Source: Craspedostauros australis (lineage: Eukaryota). From it: a stretch of 64,000 nucleotides of DNA. Position 1 is the stretch's first letter; the number at the start of each line of letters is the position of its first letter. This document shows, piece after piece, positions 1 to 9,820 of the stretch. The position numbers and the translations under genes were made by a program. The stretch spans positions 1 to 64,000 of the forward strand of contig JALAGF010005825.1 of assembly GCA_030167865.1 (NCBI GenBank), written 5' to 3'. The notes beneath the pieces are model-generated. The model searched no databases. It was not told the DNA's origin and saw nothing but the letters and a program-made list of their open reading frames with translations.

Positions 1-3000
1 GCTGGTTGGGCCGCTAGTTGGTCCAGACGTTGGTCCAGATGTTGGTCCCGAAGTTGGGCCGGATGTGGGTCCAGAGGTTGGTCCGCTAGTTGGTCCAGAG
101 GTTGGTCCGCTAGTTGGTCCAGACGTCGGTCCCGAAGTTGGTCCGCTGGTTGGTCCAGATGTTGGTCCGCTGGTTGGTCCGCTGGTTGGTCCGGATGTTG
201 GTCCCGAAGTTGGTCCAGAGGTTGGTCCCGAGGTTGGTCCAGAAGTAGGTCCAGATGTTGGTCCAGATGTTGGTCCGCTGGTTGGGCCGCTGGTTGGTCC
301 CGAAGTTGGTCCCGAGGTTGGTCCCGAAGTTGGTCCAGAAGTAGGTCCCGAAGTTGGTCCAGAAGTAGGTCCAGAGGTTGGTCCAGAGGTTGGTCCGCTG
401 GTTGGTCCGGATGTTGGTCCAGAGNTGGTTGGTCCGCTGGTTGGTCCAGATGTTGGTCCAGATGTTGGTCCAGATGTTGGTCCGCTAGTTGGTCCCGAAG
501 TTGGGCCGCTAGTTGGGCCGGAAGTAGGTCCTGAAGTTGGTCCGCTGGTTGGTCCAGAGGTTGGGCCGAATGTTGGTCCACTGGTTGGGGCGGATGTGGG
601 TGATGCGGTTGGCTCAATGCACTCAGTGTTGCACGGCAGTTCGAAGTAGTACGCCTCAAAGTTGTCCGGGTTGCCGGATCCGGTCTCCCCATCGTCGGTT
701 GGCAGACTGCATGCTTCGCAATCTTCGCCAGCGAAGTCATCGCCTGTGTAGATGTAGATTGTGACCATGGTTGTTTGGTCGATGCACTCAGCAGCGTACG
801 AGAACGTGGAGTCTTCGCCCGCATTCATGATCTCCGAACACTCATTGATTCCTGTCTCGGCATTGCGGTATTTAATAAACACATGTGGAATGACCCCGTT
901 GATGATATTCTGGACAAAGTCAAATTCAACGAGTGTGCCGTCGTCGCTCTCGAATGTCAGGACAATGGGCTTCGGGTCAGCAGTGTAGTCTGGGTCGGTT
1001 GATCCCTTCAACTTGGCACCATCGGGATCAACGCAGTTGGTCGGCGCGGCGCTGGTGGTTGGAGCAGAAGTAGGTGTGCTGGTTGGGCCGCTGGTTGGGC
1101 CGGAAGTCGGTCCCGAAGTTGGGCCGCTGGTTGGTCCGCTTGTTGGTCCCGAAGTTGGGCCGCTGGTTGGTCCGCTAGTTGGCCCAGAGGTTGGGCCGGA
1201 AGTTGGTCCGGATGTTGGTCCAGAGGTGGGCCCACTGGTCGGGCCGGATGTTGGCGCAGATGTTGGTCCCCCAGTTGGGCCGCTGGTCGGCCCAGAAGTC
1301 GGTCCACTGGTTGGTCCAGATGTTGGGCCGCTCGTCGGTCCACTGGTGGGTCCGCTGGTTGGTCCAGATGTTGGGCCAGAGGTTGGTCCAGATGTTGGGC
1401 CAGATGTTGGGCCAGAGGTTGGTCCAGATGTTGGGCCAGAGGTTGGTCCAGATGTTGGGCCCGATGTTGGACCGCTGGTAGGGCCGGATGTTGGCGCAGA
1501 TGTTGGTCCTCCAGTTGGGCCGCTGGTTGGTCCAGATGTTGGTCCAGATGTTGGTCCAGAGGTTGGGCCGCTAGTCGGTCCACTGGTGGGTCCGCTGGTT
1601 GGTCCAGAAGTGGGGCCGGATGTTGGGCCAGAGGTTGGTCCAGAGGTTGGTCCAGATGTTGGACCGGATGTTGGTCCGCTGGTAGGGCCGGATGTTGGCG
1701 CAGATGTTGGTCCTCCAGTTGGTCCGCTGGTTGGTCCAGATGTTGGTCCCGAGGTTGGGCCGGACGTTGGTCCAGAGGTCGGTCCAGATGTTGGTCCAGA
1801 TGTTGGTCCGCTGGTTGGTCCAGAGGTTGGTCCGCTGGTTGGTCCGCTGGTTGGTCCGCTGGTTGGTCCAGAGGTTGGTCCAGAGGTTGGTCCAGAGGTT
1901 GGTCCAGAGGTTGGTCCAGAGGTTGGTCCAGAGGTTGGTCCAGAGGTTGGTCCAGAGGTTGGTCCAGAGGTTGGTCCAGAGGTTGGTCCAGAGGTTGGTC
2001 CAGAGGTTGGTCCAGATGTTGGTCCGCTGGTAGGGCCGGATGTTGGTGCAGATGTTGGTCCTCCGGTTGGTCCGCTGGTTGGTCCAGATGTTGGTCCAGA
2101 CGTTGGACCGGACGTTGGTCCAGAGGTCGGTCCACTGGTCGGTCCACTGGTTGGTCCGCTGGTTGGTCCAGAAGTGGGGCCCGATGTTGGTCCACTGGTT
2201 GGGCCGCTGGTAGGTCCAGATGTCGGTCCGCTGGTCGGTCCGCTAGTTGGCCCAGAAGTGGGGCCTGATGTTGGTCCGCTGGTAGGGCCGGATGTTGGTG
2301 CAGATGTTGGTCCTCCAGTTGGTCCGCTGGTTGGTCCGCTGGTTGGCCCGGATGTTGGGCCGGACGTTGGTCCGGATGTTGGTCCTGAGGTTGGTCCGCT
2401 GGTTGGTCCGCTGGTTGGTCCAGAAGTGGGGCCCGATGTTGGTCCCGAGGTTGGTCCCGATGTCGGGCCGCTGGTAGGTCCAGAGGTTGGTCCAGATGTT
2501 GGGCCCGAAGTAGGTCCAGATGTCGGTCCGGAGGTTGGTCCACTGGTTGGTGCTGAAGTTGGCGCTGCGGTTGGATCGATACACTCGGTCTGGCATGGAA
2601 CCTCGAAGTAGTATGCCTCGAAGTTGTCCGGGTTTCCAGAGTCTCCTTCGCCATCCGGGATGCTGCAAGCTTCGCACTCCTCACTTGGGAAATCTTCTCC
2701 TGTGTAGATGTAGATGGTGACTCCAGTCACTCCATCGAAGCACTCGGCAGNNNNNNNNNNNNNNNNNNNNNNNNNNNNNNNNNNNNNNNNNNNNNNNNNN
2801 TCCTGTGTAGATGTAGATGGTGACTGAGGTCACTCCTTCGAAGCACTCGGCAGTGAGTGGGTATGTAGCACCAAGGCCGACAGTATCGAACTGAGCGCAA
2901 TCCTCTGTTCCGGTTTCTTGGTTGCGGTACTTGATGAAGACATGTGGGATGACTCCGTTGATGATGTTCTGCACAAAGTCGAACTCAACACTGGTTCCAT

Positions 3001-6000
3001 CGTCACTCTCGAAAGTGAGGACGATTGGAAGTGGGTCGGCAGTGTAAGTAGGGTCNNNNNNNNNNNNNNNNNNNNNNNNNTTTGGATCAACGCAGTTGGT
3101 TGGTGCTGCGCTGGTGGTTGGAGCAGAAGTTGGCGCGCTGGTTGGTCCAGATGTTGGTCCTGAGGTTGGTGCAGAAGTTGGTCCCGATGTTGGTCCCGAT
3201 GTTGGGCCGCTGGTTGGTCCAGAAGTTGGTCCCGATGTCGGGCCGCTGGTAGGTCCAGAGGTTGGTCCAGAGGTTGGGCCCGAAGTAGGTCCAGATGTCG
3301 GTCCGGAGGTTGGTCCACTGGTTGGTGCTGAAGTTGGCGCTGCGGTTGGATCGATANNNNNNNNNNNNNNNNNNNNNNNNNNNNNNNNNNNNNNNNNNNN
3401 NNNNNNTGTTGGGCCCGAAGTAGGTCCAGATGTCGGTCCGGAGGTTGGTCCACTGGTTGGTGCTGAAGTTGGCGCTGCGGTTGGATCGATGCACTCGGTC
3501 TGGCATGGAACTTCAAAGTAGTATGCCTCGAAGTTGTCCGGGTTACCAGAGTCCCCTTCATCTGGGATGCTGCAAGCTTCGCACTCCTCACTTGGGAAAT
3601 CTTCTCCTGTGTAGATGTAGATGGTGACTCCAGTCACACCAGAGAAGCACTCGGCAGCGAATGGCAAAGTGGCGCCGGTCTCGACGTTGTCGAACTGGGC
3701 ACAATCCTCTGTTCCGGTTTCTTGGTTGCGGTACTTGATGAAGATATGAGGGATGACTCCGTTGATGATGTTCTGCACAAAGTCGAACTCAACACTGGTT
3801 CCATCGTCACTCTCGAAAGTGAGGACGATTGGAAGTGGGTCGGCAGTGTAAGTAGGGTCAGTAGATTCCTTGAAGATAGCTCCATTTGGATCAACGCAGT
3901 TGGTTGGTGCCGCGCTGGTGGTTGGAGCAGAAGTTGGTGCTGAGGTTGGTGCGGATGTCGGCCCTGAGGTTGGTGCAGAAGTTGGTGCCGATGTTGGTCC
4001 TCCGGTAGGTGCAGATGTCGGTGCCGAAGTTGGCCCTGAGGTTGGCGCAGATGTCGGTGCAGATGTGGGTCCGCTGGTAGGTCCAGATGTTGGTTTGGAG
4101 GTTGGTGCCGCGGTTGGGCCACCTGTTGGTGCTGAGGTTGGCGCAGAGGTTGGTCCGCTTGTTGGAGCAGAGGTTGGAGCAGAGGTTGGTGCAGATGTTG
4201 GTTCCGCAGTTGGCCCTGAGGTTGGCGCCGAAGTTGGGGACGCAGTTGGATCGATACACTCGGTCTGGCATGGAACCTCAAAGTAGTATGCCTCGAAGTT
4301 GTCCGTGTTACCAGAGTCTCCTTCATCCGGGATGCTGCAAGCTTCGCACTCCTCACTTGGGAAATCTTCTCCTGTGTAGATGTAGATGGTGACTCCAGTC
4401 ACTCCTTCGAAGCACTCGGCAGCGAATGGCAAAGTAGTACCAAGGGTGACAGTGTCGAACTGGGCGCACTCCTCGTCTCCACTCTCCTGACTGCGGTACT
4501 TGATGAAGACATGTGGGATAACTCCGTTGATGATGTTCTGCACAAAGTCGAACTCAACACTGGTTCCATCGTCACTCTCGAAAGTGAGGACGATTGGAAG
4601 TGGGTCGGCAGTGTAAGTAGGGTCGGTAGATTCCTTGAAGACGGCTCCGTTTGGATCAACGCAGTTGGTTGGTGCTGCGCTGGTGGTTGGAGCAGAAGTT
4701 GGCGCACTGGTTGGTCCGGATGTTGGTGCCGACGTTGGCTTGCTGGTTGGTGCGGATGTTGGCCCTCCGGTTGGATTGCTGGTTGGGGCAGATGTTGGTG
4801 CCGAAGTTGGGCCGCTGGTAGGTCCGGAGGTTGGATCGCTTGTTGGGGCAGAGGTTGGCGCAGATGTTGGTTCCGCAGTTGGCCCTGAGGTTGGCGCCGA
4901 AGTTGGGGACGCAGTTGGATCGATACACTCGGTCTGGCATGGAACCTCAAAGTGGTATGCCTCGAAGTTGTCCGAATTTCCAGAGTCCCCTTCATCCGGG
5001 ATGCTGCAGGCTTCGCACTCCTCACTTGGGAAATCTTCTCCTGTGTAGATGTAGATGGTGACTCCAGTCACTCCATCGAAGCACTCGGCAGCGAATGGCA
5101 AAGTAGTACCAAGGGTGACAGTGTCGAACTGGGCGCACTCCTCGTCTCCACTCTCCTGACTGCGGTACTTGATGAAGACATGTGGGATAACTCCGTTGAT
5201 GATGTTCTGCACAAAGTCGAACTCAACACTGGTTCCATCGTCACTCTCGAAAGTGAGGACGATTGGAAGTGGGTCGGCAGTGTAAGTAGGGTCGGTGGAT
5301 TCCTTGAAGACGGCTCCATTTGGATCAACGCAGTTGGTTGGTGCTGCGCTGGTGGTTGGAGCAGAAGTTGGCTTGCTGGTTGGTGCGGATGTTGGCCCTC
5401 CGGTTGGATTGCTGGTTGGTGCAGATGTTGGTGCCGAAGTTGGGCCGCTGGTAGGTCCAGATGTTGGATCGCTTGTTGGAGCAGAGGTTGGTGCAGATGT
5501 TGGTTCCGCAGTTGGCCCTGAGGTTGGCGCCGAAGTTGGGGACGCAGTTGGATCGATACACTCGGTCTGGCATGGAACCTCAAAGTNGTATGCCTCGAAG
5601 TTGTCCGNNTTNCCAGAGTCNCCTTCATCCGGGATGCTGCANGCTTCGCACTCCTCACTTGGGAAATCTTCTCCTGTGTAGATGTAGATGGTGACTCCAG
5701 TCACTCCATCGAAGCACTCGGCAGCGATTGGCAATGTGGTACCAAGGGTGACAGTGTCGAACTGGGCGCACTCCTCGTCTCCGCTCTCCTGGTTGCGGTA
5801 CTTGATGAAGACATGAGGGATGGTGTCGGTGGAGAGGTTCTGCACAAAGTCGAACTCGACACTGGTTCCATCGTCACTCTCGAAGGTGATGACGATTGGA
5901 AGTGGGTCGGCGGTGTATGTAGGGTCGGTGGACTTGGTGAGCTTGGCTCCATTTGGATCAACGCAGTTGGTTGGTGCCGCGCTGGTGGTTGGAGCAGAAG

Positions 6001-9000
6001 TTGGCTTGCTGGTTGGTGCGGATGTTGGTCCTCCAGTTGGCTTGCTGGTTGGTGCGGATGTTGGGTCGCTCGTTGGCGCGGATGTTGGGTCGCTGGTCGG
6101 AGCGGAGGTTGGCTTGCTGGTCGGAGCGGATGTTGGGTCGCTGGTTGGTGCAGATGTTGGATCGCTGGTTGGTGCAGATGTTGGGCCGCTGGTTGGAGCC
6201 GAGGTAGGCTCGGCCGTCGGTCCAGAAGTTGGTGCGCTGGTGGGCGAAGCGGTTGGTTCTCCGCACTCAGTGTCGCAAGGAATCTCGAAGCTGTACGCCT
6301 CGAAGTCAGCTGGGTCGCCGTCTGGGATCTCGCATGCCTCGCATTCCTCCGCGGGGAAGTCTTCTCCGGTGTAAATGTAAATCGTGATGGTGGTGATCTG
6401 ACCGTAACACTCAGCGGTGATTGGGATCTTCTTGCCAAATTCGACGTCATCGTGCTTGGCGCAGTCGTCCATTCCAGACTCTGGGTTGCGGTACTTGATG
6501 AAGACATGTTTGATTTCCCCATTGAGAATGTTCTGCACAACATCGACCTCGACGGTGCTTCCATCATCGCTCTCGAAGGTGATGACGATTGGGAGCGGAT
6601 CAGCGGTGAAAGTGGGGTCGGTGGATCCGGTGAACTTCGCGCCGTTTGGATCGACACAGTTGGTTGGTGCCATGCTGGATGTCGGGGCGGATGTTGGGGA
6701 GGCGGTTGGCGCGGACGTCGGCGCTGACGTTGGCGCGGATGTCGGGGCGGATGTTGGGGAGGCGGTTGGCGCGGACGTCGGCGCGGATGTCGGGGCGGAT
6801 GTTGGCGCGGATGTCGGGGAGGACGTCGGCGCGGATGTCGGGGAGGACATCGGCCCGGATGTTGGCGCGGATGTCGGGGCGGATGTCGGGGATGTGTTTG
6901 GGCATTCCGGAATCGGTGGGATGGGAAGGTCGCATGGCGGGTCGAAATCGATGTTGTGGAATTCACTTCCGTAGGCATCGTGAGTGACGTCTCCTCCGAC
7001 GATGGTACGACCACTCTGACCTGGGGCGGTGAACTCCAGGTCTGCGAATGGCGCCAAGATGGTACCGATGAACTCTCCGTTTCCGTTCAAGCCTCCTCCG
7101 ATCTCAACGGAGGTGGCATCGTAGAAATTCCAGATCATGCCGGCGGCCATGTCCTTGCTGAAGGCCTTGTCGACGCCGAGGCTGGCCTGGTCGCTCTTTG
7201 CACCATCGTAGAACTTTGCGAGATTTGCGATCTTGACGTGGCCGTTGCTGTCGGACCCGACGTTGAAGAGCATGGTCTTGCCCGAAAGGTTCTTGAAGAA
7301 GACTTCAGTTCCCCAGTCTCCGAAGTAGAGGTCGTCGTAATCCAGATCGAAGACCTGAAGACAGCCGTCATTGGGGGCGGCGCCTGCGATGAACTCGACG
7401 TAGTTTCTGCCGGTACGGTCGGTGTAGACACCATTCGCTGGGAGTGTGGCCCAGTACGCAGACTTGATCTTGAGGGCCTCAATCACATCAGTGTAATAGG
7501 TCAGGTCGAGGTTGGGAGTGTGCTGGACGATTCCGCCGAGACCGTTGGGGTTTGAACCGGAGAGGGTTCCTCCGTATCTGACGTACGCGTTGCTTGGGTT
7601 GACGAGCACAATGGATCTGTTGATGACCATGTTACCTCCGACAAGGAAGACATCCTGGTCACCCTCGGGGATGATACAGGAACCGACACCGGCGAAGACG
7701 ACGGAGTTGATGGACTGGTCACCAGTGGTGATAAAGTCACCACCAATGACGATCTTTCCTTCGATCTCAGCAGATTGGATGGAGGTGTACGTTCCTCCCA
7801 CGAGGAAGGCTACCTTGTTGTCGTATCCCGTGGGGGTGAGACAGTCATCGAGGTTGGGGTACTCGGCGACGTATGGGAATCCGGAGCCCACGGCATCGCC
7901 GATATTGTCTTCGCAGACGGACGCGCTGGGTGGGTTGCATGTCAGGGAGCCGACGAAGGCGTCACCGTGGAGCTGGGAACCAGAGACATCGGTCGGTTGG
8001 GAGAATTCCTTGGCGACGACGAGGCCGTCCATGGCTTGAATGTCAGAAGCGACTTCGACTGTGGCGAAGGGAGCGATGATGATCGCTCCCCACTGCCTGC
8101 CGCAGTTCTTCACGGTGATTTTCTCGTTGGTGTTGAAGAAGATGATGGTCCTTCCGTTGTCCTCTGCTTGGATGTCGCCGTCGAGGAAGTTGCACATCGT
8201 GACATCACCACCGGTGGTGCGGACGAAGACGTTGCCGTCGGACTGTTTACGGGTGGAGACTTCCTTGACGTTTTGAGTGAGCCAGACGTAGTGATCCCAT
8301 TTGGCGCGGGTCAAGGCATTGCTGTCGTTTGAGATGGCTGGACCACAGCGAGGATCGAAGTTGACGTTGTTGTTGGTGATGCTACCTCCGGCGAACACCT
8401 CTCCGTCCTTGTTGCTGCAGAATTTGTAGGAGTTGCTGTTGTTCACACGGTTGATGTTACCTCCTGCGGCCACTCCACTGTAGATGTTCTTGGATCCGAT
8501 GAGCATATCTCCCTCGGTGATGACCGTGAAAAGACCATGGTTGTCCGGAAGGGCGCAGGCGAAGCTGCCCCCGCTGCCCGAATTTCCAAAGAAGTTCTGG
8601 GTGCTGCTGCCAGGGTCGATGGGCGAGGTGGTTGGCGTCTTGGTCGGCGAGTCGGTCGGCGGGGATCCGGATGGCTGGACTGGCGGGTCGCCTGGATAGC
8701 AGCCGTTCCAGTATTCGTTGACGTACTGACAGTAGTAACCGGCGCAGCAGTTGCTGTAGGTACCCGGCTGTTCGCACCCACCCCAGGCGGCGACGCACTG
8801 TGCTTGGGTGGGGGCGGAGGTGGGGGCTTCGGTGGGGGATGGGGCGGATGGGCCGCTCGGCGCGAAACCTGCCTGACAGGAGTTCCAGCCTACGCCACCG
8901 TACACACAGTGCGAACCGTCGCAGCAGGTGCTCTTGGTGCCGGGGTTGTTGCAATGAAAGCCCCACAGGCGGGTACAGGTTTCGCCCGGAGGAGTCTGGC

Positions 9001-9184
9001 AATGATCCCAGCCGTTGCTGAAGATGCATTCCGAGGTTCCGCAGCAATTGTCGTTTCCGCTGGGGCACCATGTATTGAGGGGGGTACATGTGGCGTCCGC
9101 GGTTGGCATCAGCATGGCTGCTGCGATGAGTCCCAAGAAACCGAGGGACGGCATGATGCCTCTGAAGGAGGCCTTGGTGTTCAT
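1..9184 (-). CDS. Giant secreted modular adhesin/mucin-like glycoprotein (trailin-like); 3' end lies beyond the window
   Basis: ATG at 9184 with signal peptide (MNTK...LGFLGLIAAAMLMPTADA). ORF 2681..9184 appears to end only because of the N-gap at 2751-2800; below the gap the minus strand again reads AECFDGVTGVTIYIYTGEDF... and continues through PTSG arrays and another domain copy (1040-610) to position 1. Architecture: 3 Cys knots, 2 choice-of-anchor-A-like domains, >=7 repeated Cys domains, PTS linkers. Confidence 0.9.
610..6665 (-). repeat. At least 7 tandem copies of a ~400-bp (~135 aa) domain (TNCVDPNGA...YIYTGEDF..ECEAC...FEAYYFEVPC.TEC)
   Basis: Copies at approx. 6665-6260, 5970-5550, 5340-4915, 4670-4250, 3905-3480, 3095-2575 (gap-interrupted, possibly two copies) and 1040-610. 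Central copies are nearly identical at DNA level. Confidence 0.92.
1040..2575 (-). repeat. 12-bp coding minisatellite (consensus GGTTGGTCCAGA on +) encoding PTSG/PTSA tetrapeptides; similar arrays at 1-610 and between domain copies
   Basis: Direct inspection; near-perfect run of ggttggtccaga units at 1861-2015. Confidence 0.95.
6930..8560 (-). other. Two tandem choice-of-anchor A (ice-binding-like beta-helix) domains, approx. 8560-7936 and 7830-6930
   Basis: Motifs IYSGVAAGGN...IIFFNT...WGAIIIAPFATV...DGLVVAKEF...QLHGDAF and AEIEGKIVIGGDF...MIWNFYDATSVEI...FIGTILAPFA...GRTIVGG...EFHNIDF match the EGxxxxGG / LWNFxxA / GSxLAPxA / ExH pattern recalled for this family. Confidence 0.75.
8696..9091 (-). 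other. Three 6-Cys modules (C-x6/7-C-x6/8-CC-x4-C-x8/9-C), knottin/CBM1-like
   Basis: CTPLNTWCPSGNDNCCGTSECIFSNGWDHC; CTRLWGFHCNNPGTKSTCCDGSHCVYGGVGWNSC; CVAAWGGCEQPGTYSNCCAGYYCQYVNEYWNGC. The third resembles the CBM1 tail (CxxxNxYYxQC), and each carries two Trp. Confidence 0.65.
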
Positions 9185-9775
9185 GGTGACGAACGGGTGT
9201 GGGCGTTGCGTCTGGTCTGCTTGGCTGTTGCCTTGGTTGTTGTCTTGGCTGTTGTCTTGGCTACTGTCTTGGCTACTGTCGCGGGGTCTGGCGGGAGTAG
9301 ACTTGGTGTCGGTCGCAAGCGTGCGCTTCTGCCTTTTGCGATCTGCCTGCTGGAGCTGAACCGAGGTGATGCGGTGCGCTTCGGATCCTGATGGATTCGA
9401 GTCGTTCCGTTTCGGTTGGTTCTTGCTCGAGGAGTCGGATGCTCTGTGCGTTTGCTTCTGCTCCAGCTGCTGCTGTTGCGGATTGCTTGGCGGTTGGTCT
9501 TGGGCTGTCGGGCTGTTGGGCTCTTGGGCTCTTGGCTGTGGATGCTCGCGGGTGCGGCAAACTTTTCTGCAACGGCGGGTGGATGCGGTTGGCGTGAGCC
9601 TAGTTCTGGGCTGGGTCTCCTTTCCTTCTTCGGTCGACTGAACGAGTTCGGTCGATCGTTGTCAGGTTGGGAGAGACGAGGTCAGAAGTCTGCTCTTGCT
9701 GTTTTGCTTTCACTTTTGCTGAAGAAAAGTTTTTTGAGCTGAATGGCGGAGGAGTGGCGGAAGGGATTGTGCATC

Positions 9776-9820
9776 TGCGCTTTATTGCGCTTTATTGCGC
9801 TTTATTGCGCTTTATTGCGT
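9776..9820. repeat. 10-bp tandem repeat (TTTATTGCGC) x4 upstream of the giant gene
   Basis: tgcgc tttattgcgc tttattgcgc tttattgcgc tttattgcgt. Confidence 0.85.

Noticed and set aside
1..2575. CRISPR-like or telomeric/satellite array
   Set aside because: Units are contiguous 12-mers without unique spacers, vary mainly at synonymous positions and lie within a CDS; no cas genes are present.
2681..2800. Frameshift/pseudogene or programmed recoding in the giant gene
   Set aside because: The frame change coincides with a 50-N scaffold gap of arbitrary length.
65..6987. Long plus-strand (VGPE/VGPL)n ORFs and alternative-frame minus-strand ORFs (DQPL, TNLW repeats)
   Set aside because: They are shadows of the stop-poor 12-bp repeat; only the PTS frame carries the signal peptide and domains.
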